From Callorhinchus milii (Eukaryota): a DNA stretch of 64,000 bases. Location: contig NW_024704743.1 of the NCBI RefSeq assembly GCF_018977255.1, positions 74,402,001 through 74,466,000 on the forward strand. Reading direction: 5' to 3'. The position numbers and the translations under genes were made by a program. Below are positions 51,701 to 64,000 of this stretch, in pieces. Every line of letters starts with the position of its first letter. The stretch's first letter is position 1. Below the pieces are notes generated by a model that was not told the DNA's origin, did not search any database, and worked only from the letters and a program-made list of their open reading frames with translations.

Positions 51701-52824
51701 CCTCACCTCCAATCCAATAAGCAATCACAAGTCTCAATAGCCACAGATTAGATACCAAGGGTTTTCCACAGATTACTAAAAACCATGTTTGCTCTTTTGC
51801 AGCATCTTATATGACATGAAAAATTCTACTGTGCTTTCTTCTGCTGATGGTAAGGAATGGATCAAATATAATACTGTTTCTGTTGCTTCAATAAATGCAT
51901 TAATTTACTCATTCATGAATATTAAATTGTACAGGAGAGTTTCAGTTGTATAGCGAAACATGATGAGGTGTGCTACAATAATAATAATCCTTGCATTTGC
52001 TATAGCCTTTGACGACAGGAGGACTTTTCTAAACACTTTACAGGATTGACTGTAAAGTGTAGTGATTGTGCATTTTGTAGGCAAACACAGTAGCCAATTT
52101 GCACACAGCAAGATAAACAGTCATGAATGACCAATTATATTTATTTTTGACCTCTGTTGGCACACAATGCAGGTATAAAAGCTTCCTATTGGTTCAATCT
52201 TGGTGAAACTGGGCTGAATACCAGATTTAAGATAGTGTTCACTACATGGATTGAGAACTGTAAACAAAGGATTCCAACTTAGCCAAATTGCAAACTTTCT
52301 TATAACTATCCATCCAAAGGCCTCCTACCCCCAAATCTGGCATATCTCATTGTTTATCAGCAAAACTCTAATGACTATTATCCATTACAGAGTAATAATA
52401 ATCCTTGCATTTGTTATGCAGCCAATATTACATTGAGTGAGTGTTTTGTTTTGGCAAAGTGTATCGGAAAATGCAACAGTTTTTGCACAGTGATGTCTCA
52501 CAAACAGCCTTGAAGTGAATGACCAATTTTATCTGAGGTATTGTTGGCCAGGACACTGGAATATATTCCCTTCTCTGGGATCTTTAACTTCCACCTGAAC
52601 AAGCAGATGACTCAGCTGAAGGGTGGCACCTATGACAATGTAGGGCTCCCCCAGCACTGCACTGAAGTGTCGGCCTAGATTCCAGACCATACCCCTCAAA
52701 TTCCAACATGGGGTTTCAGTGCACAACCTTCTTCTGACTCAGAGACTCAGTTGATAAGGTGTGGTGGCACTTCACATAATGTCTTGTTGCTCTACTTACT
52801 AAATTGCTTGACTTACTGAAATGC

Positions 52825-53148
52825 ATAATAATAATAATAATAAAATAATCCTTGCATTTGATATAGCACATTTTCACGTCTTCTAGATGTCTCAAAGCAC
52901 TCCACAGAATAGACTGAATGTGAATTGACTGTATATATTTGTGGGCGAAACGTGGCAGCGAATTGCGCACAGCAGTGTCCCGCAAATAGTTATGGAATGA
53001 AGTGACCAATTTATTATGTTTTTTCTTGAGGGATTATTATCAGGCATGTGGAGTAAGGAAACTTGCCCAAGGTTTCACCCTGCTGGGAATCGAACCCAGG
53101 TCTCTCGCTTCCAAAGCAAGTGCTCTCACCACTGAGCTACAGGACTCC
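52825..53148 (-). mobile_element. Full-length short tRNA-derived SINE
   Basis: Closely similar to 42008-42328. Confidence 0.9.
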
Positions 53149-53977
53149 AGAATAGCATTTTCTTGAAGGCTAAGGTTGCTTGCAGATGACAATTTTCCTA
53201 TATATCCACTAATTTCATTTTCTGTGTGTTGGTGAAGAGTTAGAGAGGAGAAAGTGAGGCCTCACTACCATTCACCACAGACCTACACAATAGATCTGAG
53301 ATAGATTTGTAATTCTGCATCTCCAGATGTGTGCAAATCTCCACACCAGATAACATTCTTAGGATTATGGTCTCGATTTAGGGTATTTCTCAATGGGATT
53401 TTTAAATGCTGCGAGCTGCATTCCATATTTCTTATTGAAGGAATTCCACAAATCTGATCTATAATTTCCTCAAGAGAATAAACCACAGACAAAATGAAAT
53501 ATTCTTAATTAACTTCCCTTTTCTTTTCATTCAATAATAATCCTAGCATTTGATTTAGCACCTTATAAGATCATCGAGACGTCTCAAAGCGCTTCACAGG
53601 ATATACTGTAAAGTGGATTTCTGTGTATTTTGTGAACAAAAGAGCATCATTACAACATGCTCTGAAATGCCAAGACCATGATTTCTGTTCTCACTCTTAG
53701 CTGCAAATCCCTGGATGCGCTCTCTCGGATTCCAGTTTAGCTCAATTTTGAGCATTCGACTGACTTTCCTGAACAAATTCAATCTCAGTCAGTGAGGTAT
53801 AGAATGAGTAAACCAGCAAGGCATCATTTTATTATTATATACTTATTATATAATAATATATTATGATATTATATAATATATAATAATATAATTAGTATGA
53901 TAAGCACGGCATCATTTGTACTCACAAATGATAGTTGAGGCTTTGTTAAAAAATGCAGATCCAGAATGACCACAGGA

Positions 53978-54065
53978 TCTCCTCTCCATTCCTCATTGAC
54001 AATATGATCTCCTCTCCATCTCTCAGTGACCATATGATCTCATCTGTCCTCATTGACCGCTGATC
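53978..54065. repeat. Three tandem ~30 bp units (GATCTCCTCTCCAT...TGAC.ATAT)
   Basis: Direct inspection. Confidence 0.8.
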
Positions 54066-55110
54066 CTGGAATAGGTGGAAGTGTCTGAGGGAGAGAGTTG
54101 GTTTTAGGCGACTGATTTTTCCTTGCAGAAATATTTTAGAGGGATGTTTGGTGGATTAGGTGTTCCCAGACTGCCCTGCACTCACCCACAAAATACATAC
54201 ATCACTTTAGAGTGTATCCTGTGAAGTGCTTTGACATGTCCCATAGGCTTGCTAACACGCAATATAAAATTCAAGGATTATTATGATAAGCGCTCCAAGA
54301 TTCCACGCCATGTGATGGGCAGTATATAAATGAAAGATGTGGTGGTTGAATGTTCTTGGGAACACTGCCCTCCTGAGATTTTGTTAATGATGGGTTAAAT
54401 CAGTCCCCCATCACCACCACAGTAATTACAATATACTGTACATAACGAACACGGTTGTACAGAATGCACAACTGGTGGTCAGGATTTCATAAACTTACAT
54501 GGTAGCTCAAGGCAGCTGAACCTCAGGCAAACGTCAGTATGGCATTTTAATGCCACTGCAACCCTCATACATTTGCACAAAGGAAATATGAATGACATTG
54601 CATCAAGCCTGACATCAGATAGTCTGCTGATGAAAAGAGACTGAGCTCGAGTGTGTGCATCAGTGCTTATTTTGTAACTATGATAATTGCCCCTGGATTT
54701 TATCCCATCGCAGATCTGACATGACTCTTGCAGTATAATTGATGCAGTATAATTTCCCACACATCAGTTTCCCAAACTAGTTCAGTCCTGCCTGGAAGTC
54801 AGCCAGGCGTGAGTAATAATTTACTTGTGTGTATCACCTCAGCCCATTTCCTGGGAAAGGGAAGGGCATCAAATATTTCTGGAAATTTTCAAAATCAATT
54901 CACCGGCCTTTCTCCTTTTTGCTGTATCATGTTGGGTTTTAATAGGAGAAGAGAAGTGGCTCTGATCAGATTGCTCATGGAGTGACTCAGATAAGAACCA
55001 CTAGAGAGAGTGGGTGAGCTTCAGTCAGTTACTGTTCACTGAGTGCACTGTACTTTGTGTGGGCTGCCTTTCTCCCTGCCACACACTTGCACATGGTACA
55101 GGCTGGCAGA

Positions 55111-55144
55111 TTATAAACCCCCCACCCCCCACAAGTGTCACTCT
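55111..55144 (+). promoter_or_regulatory. Candidate core promoter: TATA box plus initiator
   Basis: TATAAA at 55112-55117 and Inr-like TCACTCT with its A at 55140 (28 nt spacing), in repeat-free sequence. Confidence 0.5.
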
Positions 55145-55274
55145 GGTCTCAGTGCCAGTGTGTAAGTAACCAGGGATCAGAGTGCTGAGCCAGCCAGCCA
55201 GCCAGCCAGCCAGGCAGGGCTGGTGTGCTGGGTACCAGGAGATGCTGGTAAGATACATCCCAAGAACCTGGAAG
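55140..55274 (+). other. Candidate first exon of an unidentified gene (possible ATG at 55242, MLVRYIPRTWK)
   Basis: Ends in a perfect donor AAG|GTGAGT at 55274/55275; contains (AGCC)6. Confidence 0.4.
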
Positions 55275-58200
55275 GTGAGTGGAGTCTCAATGCACTCAGT
55301 TTATTGTTGAAGCCAAACCACGATGCTTTCTCTTGCTTTTAAGATTGCAAAAGGACGTTTGCTTTATGTCGTTCTTCAGATCGCAAATTTCCAGTTTGGG
55401 GAGTTTTGATTGCAAATGCAATTCGCACTCTTTTCGAGAGCGTTGTTATCTTTTTTGTTTAAAACTAATGCTGGCTTGAATTTTTTTTTTTTTTTTTACT
55501 TTTTATCAACAAACTGTTCCCCCTGCACCATTGGCAGTGAATGCACACTGCTGGTATTGTATTGTATTCACCAGATCCAGACCATATTCAGCTCGAAGCT
55601 TCAGGTCATTTAAACAGAAAGGGTATTAAGACTGTGTTAAAAGCAACCGATTCTCCCCTCCCTCCTCTCCAGTATATATTTTATTTCATGTCTAACAAAG
55701 AGAAAGCATTGCAAATCTCTATCAGCATTGGGGAATCACTTGCTAGTGGGGGGGTTTATCCTTCAAAGGTAAATGTGAAATTGGAGTTATAAAATGTATT
55801 TGGATCGTGAATGAATGAATTGAATGAATGAATGAATGAATGAATGAATCCGGAAATGTTTCCCAGGCTCAGCAATGGGGATGTGCAGAGGCATTTCAGA
55901 CTGTGATTTCCCCCATTTAATCTTCGCTTCCTTCAGAATCCGACACCTGCACGTAAAGAGCAGGAGGAATAATTACTGTACACCCAGCAATTGATATGGA
56001 TCCGATACTTGGAGACATTTATCGGGGTGGTTTTTCTGTCTGGACTGCATGTCTGCTGACTCTCAGCTGAATCCAGGCATCGTTGGGCAAATTGTATGTG
56101 TGACTGTCGGGGGAAACCTGTAGCATTTCTGTCTGGGGATGTCTGCACCCTGAAATGACAGCCTTGCCTGCAGTGAGCAGTCTGCTGTCTGCTGCAACGA
56201 TTCAGAGATCAGACAGTGAAGACACACTGCAATATGTTTAGCCTTGTCCCATTTAGAACTAGCAGGTGATAAAGGTGACACCATCCTGGAAGGGTGTGCT
56301 GCTGTTCTGCAACCCCTGTTAAGATGGTTCGTGAAACGACCTGAAAGATTATTTATGTGCAGCAGGTTGCCAGCAAGACTCTGGCTAGACTGGACTATGG
56401 TGCATATGCATCATCATTATGAAAGAGCACCAGTCCAAGACACACAAAGGATATACTTGGCTCCCAAACTCTTTGGTCTTTTGTTTTTCAGTGTAAAGAT
56501 AATCCTTGCCTTATCCCGTCACTGAGACATCTTAAATTGCTTCACATGTTATAGTGTAAAATGGATTGACTGTGTATTTGTGGGTGAAACGAAAAAGATG
56601 GGACTTTTATCTCAAAGAGTCTAGACCAGCACCCCAGTACAGTGCATTGCTGGAGACGTTAAACGTAGGTCTTGTTTGCCTTTTCAGGTGGATGTTAAAG
56701 GTCGCATACAAAAAGAAGAGTTTCTCAGTGTCCTGGCCAACAATAAATAACAGATAAAATTAATCCTTCGCTTTATGGCCATTGTTGGGATATTGCTGTG
56801 CGCCAATTGGTTACTGCATTCAACTACAAAATAGACAATCACTACACTTAACATTAAATCCAGTGAAGTACTTTGAGATGACCTCCCAATGTAAGAGAGG
56901 CTAAATCAAATGCCGATATTATATTATAAATGGGGTTGTAGAAATGGCTTTCTTTCGAATTTATCGTTCAGCTGATAGAGCAGGAAAGGGCACGAGTCAG
57001 AGAGTGACATACACGGTTACAAGATTAAAGCCAGTGAAAGTAAACTCCCAAATTGGTGCAGTAACAGTTTTAAATCTGTACATGAATTGACGGTAATGTA
57101 TGAAGTAGATGTTACTCGCATTGTGGACAGAAGAGAATAAGACTGGCCAGCTTTATTCAGCTCCTGTCCCTTGAAATGCTATGGCTGAATAAATCACTCA
57201 GTTATCCTTAATACCCTGCACACCAAACAAAGAAGGTTAGAAAGAACCTGTTAGGGTAACAGACATTGCATTGGAAACATAAAGATTCATGTTCTCTCAC
57301 GTGTAGTTCTCATCTAAGCCGAGAGACTGACATTTATGTGGGTGATATGAAGGATCCTCTTGATATAAAAATGCATCTAATGATGTTCAGTTGGAAATGT
57401 GTTGCAAACATTTCCAGAATTTGTAGTCTTCGTATAATTTGTATAATTTACAGATCTTTCTTAAGAGCTTTCAGCATCTTGATAATAAGTTACAGGGAAA
57501 TATGAATCAACGCTTGTGTTTTCTTGTCACAATGAAGTGAGTAAGATGTTCAGAGTCAGAAACTTATCCTGCATCACTTTCTTTAAAGGGTGGGGCAATG
57601 CGACAAAAAGGAATCAAGTGCCCCAAAATAAATATTCTTCATGGTGAGTAAAAAGAGCAGGACAATATTGCACTACTAATTGGTAGGATACAAATAACCT
57701 AATGCCATAGTGCTGACCAGACGTATTAGCAGCAAGGTTTAAATGGCCCATGTACTTCACAATCCTTGTAATTAGTCTGTGAAGTTGACTGCTTAATCCT
57801 GGGTGGATTGAGGAGCTCTTGTTTTAAATTGAACGGGCAGAAATTTTAGAAGAAGTCAAATTCTCATCACTGAACGGGATTTTTTTTGTAAAAGTGGAAA
57901 AATAAAAGAACACATTTTGAAAAGAAATGGACTTGTCCAGTTTCCAGGCTTGATTCCTTTTGTTTGCTTTTGATGCACTCAGAGATTCAGAGCTAAATTG
58001 CTCTTTAGGTAAATTTAGCATTTTCCCAGATATAAAACGATGCTCTTTTAGCTAATCTCTGCTGAGGTAATTAACCATTTGAGAACATGAAGGTATTTAA
58101 ACAAAGGCTTTGTGTTACATCTTTATTTTCAGGATGTTAGATCTCTTAAGAATATTGCTGAATATTCTAGTGCAGTGAAAACAATTGTGAAGCACACACA

Positions 58201-60009
58201 TGATTGATTATATTGAAAAATGATACATTCAGCAATGAAGAAAGGTCTAATTCCATGTTAGAAGTGGCACAGAACCCATACATTTCCTGAAACAATGAGA
58301 TTTTCTTCACAAAACTGTAAAATACAATTTCAAAAAGTGATTGTTTGTAACCAACGTACATTCTGAAATGTGCAAACTTTTATTTCTCACAAAAAAATCT
58401 TGTAACCATGCCCAATCCAATGTAATTTAATGAAAACAATTATTTATTCCGCTGTCTCCTTGCTTGCACTGAAAGAGGTATCGGAACACGCCTTACTGAA
58501 AAAAGCTCAGGAGGGACAAAGGCTCGCAACAAGAGATTTACAACTGCGGTTTTTAAATCGCTGAACAACTTACATTTATTCCGTGCCTTTCATGCAAAAG
58601 AAACATCTCAAAGCTCTTTACGGAATAAGATTAATGAGAAATGAGGTGGGTGTTGTTATGCAGGCAAGCCCGGCAGCTAATTTGAAGAGCCTAAAATGCA
58701 GGCAAAGAACAAATTTGTGTCACCCAGGCACTCAGGTGTGTCGGTATATTTGTGATTGACTCGATTTATGTTAACGCAGCAGGAAAATGACAGAATAACA
58801 CAAGAACGTTTACTATTCTTTGCACTGTTCTCTTTGTGTCATGAGTGATGATGATTCATTGAAATCTACTGGCTATTAGCTGTATCTTAATAAAATGTAC
58901 TTTTCTAGCCTTACCCTCATGGGGTACACTATTTGTACATTTTCTGACTGTGTGAAGGAAACAATGGTGCCCCTTGCAAAAGAGCGAGATGTTATCCAGT
59001 TCTGCTTTCATTCTGCATCACATTCTCTTTCACATATGCAGAAAACCTGCCTTGTTCCTGTGCAGGAGATGGAATTTGCAGATATATGTTCTTGATCTTT
59101 TTCTGAAGGTGTGGCGTGGCCGCTATGCAGTGTTCTATTTTCTGATGTGCCTCACACGAGTGCTTAAAGGCTCTGCGCTGATGTAGGTACAGTATATCTG
59201 ATGATCGCTGGTAATTTATGACCTGGTTCCAAATTCCTACCGTAAGAATTGGGAACTAAAGCAAGGGGCCAGTTTTTTAAAAAAAACGACTTTAAATATG
59301 ATAGTTGACTCATTGCTCACCATGTCACAGAATTGTTGAATTTTGCAGCACAGAAGCAAGCCATTCTGACCAATATGCCCTGTGCCAGCTCTCTGTTCAG
59401 TCCCTGCCCTGCCTTTTCCCCCAGATTGTTTTTAATGTAACCTTCTCCCAGCTTCACTTTCCTGCTCTTCCACTCAACAATCTCAGGCCTATTTTGAGCT
59501 CATTGCCCTCTCTGCCCCACCTTCAGGCACTAAGCCCTCACACTCTGAAACTCTCTCCATAAATATTTCTGTCTTACTACCTCTCTATGTGCCTTTACAA
59601 GCCTTCTGAAAACCTACCTCCTTGACCGCACCTACGGTCACCTCCTTCCTCACTTACCCTCTCTGCTCGATATCTTTATAAAGCCCTTTGAGATGTTATG
59701 CTATGTGGAACGTGCTATGTAAAATTGCGAGTTATTGTTGCTTGTTTAATTGCCTTCTAGAAGCTAATGCTACTATTTTAGTAAATTATTCCATATTTTA
59801 ACTACACAGATATTCAAAATAATCTCCTAACCTCTCTTTATTTTTCTGGAAATTATCTTGTGAAGAGCTCGAGGCGTCTTCCCGACATGAAAGATGTTAT
59901 ATAAATCCAAATTGCATTGTAATTGTATCTTAAATTTAAATCCCCTCTTTATTGATTCAACACCCTCAGAGGAAATACCTTCTCCCGCTTTACCTTAAGA
60001 AAAAGTTCA

Positions 60010-61410
60010 TAATTTGCAGATGGCAGGACAGGTTGATAGAGCTGTTAAAAAAGCATATGGGATCCTTGGCTTTATAAATAGACGTACAAAGTACAAAAGC
60101 AAGGAAGTTCTGTTCAACCTTTATGAGTTACTAGTTAAGCCTCAGCTGGAGTAGTCCAATTCTGGGCAAAATTATGAGGGGTTTTGATAGAGTAGATACC
60201 GGTCGGTTGATAACCAGGAGACTTAGATTTAAGATAATTGGCAAAAGAACCAGAGGGGTTCTGTAGAACCGTAGTAGAAATGTTTTTACATAGAGTTGTT
60301 ACGGTCTGGAATGCACTGCCTGAAAGGATGGTGGAAACAGATTCAATAACAGCTTTCAAAAAGGAATTAGATAAGTGCCTGAAAAGGAAAAAATTGCAAG
60401 GATATGGGGAAAGAGCTGGCACAGGCACGATGGGCCGAATGGCCTCCTGTACTGTAATATTCTATGATTCTATGAATCTCATTTGAACCCCCCCTTTTTT
60501 GTGTCTCCTCCCAACCTTTTCTGTGTCACTGAAAACAGTCCCAGTTTCTCTAGTAACTAATGTCTCATAATTAAAGCCTCCCATTTTTTGTATGAAACTA
60601 GTGAATCTTCACTGTACCCTTTCTATTGCCTTGGCAACCTTGCACCCAGAACTGAACGTAATACTCTAACTGCAACCAATGACTTGTACAGGTTTAGCAT
60701 TACCTCTTTGCTTTTCAATTCCCTGTCCCTACTTATAAATGCTGGATTCCCATTGCCTTACTGCTATATCAACCTGTCTTCTCACATTTAATGTCGAAAC
60801 ATTGTGATGCAGCAAACAACAAGGCAATTCGATTGCTGGGATACAGTACCAAATCAGTTGAGTTCAGATCCCGAGAAGTATTGCTCAAGCAGTACAGTGC
60901 TCTGGTTAGGCTATCCCTGGGATACTGCATACAATTCTAGTCACCGCAACATAAAGAGAATTGCCCAGACCCAAAGCAGTATTAAGAAAAACAACAGGAT
61001 GATTCCCTAGCTTATCTTGTCATTCCAGAGGGTTGAGCTATGAGGAATGACAAGATAAGCTAGGGCTTTTCAACTTTGCAAAGAGACATCTCAATGGAGA
61101 ACTTATAGAGATATAGTTGATCCTAGAGAAAGTAAACCAATACTTTCTAATCTGTCAAGGCAGCAAGACAAGAGGAAACAGGTTCAGAGTTGTGAAGGGC
61201 AAAATTAGCACAGACACCAGGAATTATTTAATTACTCAGAGCATAGTCAACAACTGGAACAGGTTACGAGGAAGGGTAGTGGTGGCCAGAATGCTAGATG
61301 AATTTAAGAAACTGCTTGATACATTATGGGACGATTGTAGGGCAGGTATTCTGGAAAGACGAGATGAAATGAACGAAGGGCCTTCTTCATCTGAACCTCC
61401 TTGTAATCCA
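60010..61410. mobile_element. Cluster of CR1 LINE relics: 60010-60475 (+), 60480-60800 (-), 60850-61410 (+)
   Basis: RVVTVWNALPERMVE..SITAFKKELDKCL and (ATTCTATG)n tail; KTRGNRFRV..QSIVNNWNRL. Confidence 0.8.
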
Positions 61411-62419
61411 ATTCTAACAGATGGGAGACTGTCTGCAATGCAGTGGAATTACAACTATGTGAGTGCAAAGCAGCAGTGGATACAGGAAAACTGCATCGGA
61501 AGTTGTCATCATGGATGTCGTCCTTCAGATGAGATGTCAAACTAAGGTCCCACCTGCCTGTTCAGGTGTCATTATTTCAAAACCAGAAGAGGGTTTCTCC
61601 CAATGTCCTAAACAACAATTCTCCAGATAAAATTGATCACTCACTTCATGGTTGTTTGTGGCATATTGCTGTTGCAAATTGTCTGTAGCGTTCGCCTACC
61701 ACTACACTTGATAGCAATTATGCGTGAAAAGCTCTGACAAGCTTTAATGTTTAGATGCAATATCAAATATTACTATTATAAATGCAAGGATTATTTATTA
61801 TTATTATTCAATTAATCTCTGGAAATGTCTGAGTAGAAGCATTACAATTAGCCTTTTAAGAGCAGACTTAGAAATAGCTGCAGTAGAGTCCCTGGGTAAC
61901 GTGCACTGGCAGGAAGCCCTACTGCACCAATCCCAAAATACTCGCCATGTTTTATTTCAGTCGTGAGGGATATGCAGAATGATTAGTTTTTCTTAAACTG
62001 AGTTAACTCTCCACAGTGTAGCATCTATTGGTCTGGGCTGATTGATTCAATTTACTAACTTTGATCTAAGCATGTGACTGCCCAGCCAGATCTGTGTTGC
62101 TTCATTCAGTGATCTGTCAGTTTTATGTTTTCAGTCACAGCTTGATTATTCTGACCATCCTGCGGTTTAAGAAATCCTGTGATAATAAAAAAAATCCTTG
62201 CATTTGATATAGCTTTTTTCACGTCTTTGAGACGTCTCAAAGCGCTTCACAGAATATACTGTAAAGTGAATTGACTGTATATTTGTGGGCGAAACTACGG
62301 CAATTGCGCACAGCAATGTCCCAGAAACAGTCGTGGATTGAGTAACCAAATTTTTTTTATATAGGTTATTACTGTTCTTATGTTCTTGCATACCAACCAC
62401 CAAATTATGTAGAACTAAG

Positions 62420-62810
62420 TATCAGCCTGGTTTAGTTCAGTAGCATCCTCGTCTCTGAGGTAGAAGGTCATGAATTCAAACCCCATGTTGGGATTTTGCA
62501 CTCAGGCTGACACTCCAGTGTGGTTCTGGGGAAAAGCTGTATTCCTCAAATGGCCATTTTTCGGATGAGATGTTAAAATGATGCCCCGTCTGCTCAGGTG
62601 GGTGTTAAAGATCCCGTGGCACTATTTGTAAAGAGAAGGGAGTTTCTGGACAAAAATTCCCGAAATAACAATTGGGCATCCACTTGGCTGTTTATGGGAC
62701 ATTGCTGCCACTTTTGACCACAAATAAAGTCACTGCACTAAAGCCAAACAGTAATTCTCATGAATCGCTTTGAGACATTCTTCTGATTTCAAATGCAAGA
62801 ATTATTATAG
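62420..62810 (+). mobile_element. Near full-length Deu-domain SINE, next to a truncated short SINE at 62182-62360 (-)
   Basis: tRNA-like head, ttcggatgagatgttaaa...gttaaagatcccgtggcact, tail. Confidence 0.8.
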
Positions 62811-64000
62811 AATTTCATGGAGTCTACACCATTAAAAAAAAGGCTATTCAGCCTGTCTATTCTGCAGTGATGTTCATGTCTCCACCCAGTTCAATCCCAT
62901 CCATGTTCGTGAGACACTGCTGTGTGTAAAATTGGCTGCTGTGTTTTCCCACAAAATACAGTCACTACATTTTATAATATATCCCTTGAAGGGGCTTTGA
63001 CTCATCCACCTGACATGAAATATATATATCAAATGTAAGGATTATTATTTATTTCCACATACCCTTTTATAATTCTCATTTTTTAGACTTTTTCAATTCC
63101 CTCTTAAAAATGATTCTGCCTTAGAATATTAGTAGATGACATACAACCATTCAACTATTCACATTTATCCAACAAATAACCAGGAGATATGACTGCCAGA
63201 AGTATTACATGATGTTAGGAGGATAGGATGGGTAGACTGGAAGGATGAGATGGAATGGGCTGAAGAGCCTACTTCATCCGAATCTGAGCAGGAGCTGAAT
63301 TAAGTGTGACTGCTATTTCTGACATAGTACAAATGGAACCCTTATGCAGTTACATGCTAGCAGAATCGGGACTAAAAATGTTTTTACTAAACCACAATAC
63401 AGAATACCAGCTAAAAATAGAAATGAACAATGTTTCTCTAGTCAATGCAGCTGAAAGTTGTTGTTGCTCTTGGACATTACCCTGTGTGAAGGACGCTATA
63501 TAAATGCAAGTTGTTGTTGTTGTTCCCAGTTAAACCATATACAGTGCAAAGAAACTCATCAAGTATGAGCTAGAGAGAGTGATCTCTTCAAATCCTCTGC
63601 ACCATTTTTAAAATAATTGTAAATTAATTTTTAAAATCAGACCAAATGCTATCAGTTCTTTCGGGCCTGGCACTGGCCTTCCTGCTAGAACACCCACCTC
63701 ACGTCCCCCATCACAGCATTAAGCTACTTTTTAAATGAGTTCAGTGTCCTGGCTTGTTCGTGTTCTATTTTCTCATATTCTTTATTGTGGTCAACATCAA
63801 TGAATCTCTGACAAATTGCATTCTGCAGATGACAATCCCTTTTGCACATGTGAGACTTGTCCCACAGTTTTCTAAAAGGTATTTAATATTTATTCAATCT
63901 TTAGTATGCAATCCCGTTCCTGACTGAGCATTCATCCTGCTTTATTTTAAAGGAACTAAATGAACACATTATTATTTGCTGTCTTTCCACAAATAACAAT

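Noticed and set aside
58895..59186. Possible coding exon (ORFs of 66 and 70 aa with flanking ag/gt)
   Set aside because: No recognisable homology, and all frames close before the putative donor

Overview
Repeat-rich vertebrate genomic DNA. The repeat set (L2 and CR1 LINEs, tRNA-headed Deu-domain SINEs, Penelope-type terminal fragments) suggests a cartilaginous fish, probably a chimaera; this is inference. Two protein-coding loci are visible on the + strand. (1) The last coding exon of an IL-17 family cytokine starts at 3932. It is interrupted inside its C-terminal 'CTCVF' by a 3.7 kb satellite and a 25-N gap, and an in-frame 'PKVTS*' resumes immediately after the gap. (2) ABHD5/CGI-58 coding exons 2-7 (15307-26820) have canonical splice sites. 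Exon 4 is 10 nt short and frameshifted, and exon 1 was not found. A candidate TATA/Inr promoter with a short first exon of an unidentified gene lies at about 55.1-55.3 kb. The rest is satellites, LINE/SINE relics, two MITEs (Tc1/mariner-type and hAT-type), Penelope-derived fragments carrying decayed hammerhead ribozyme cores, and a locally clustered unclassified repeat. I see no convincing wholly new system. The best leads are the two gene lesions, which could be real or assembly artefacts, the hammerhead relics and the orphan promoter.
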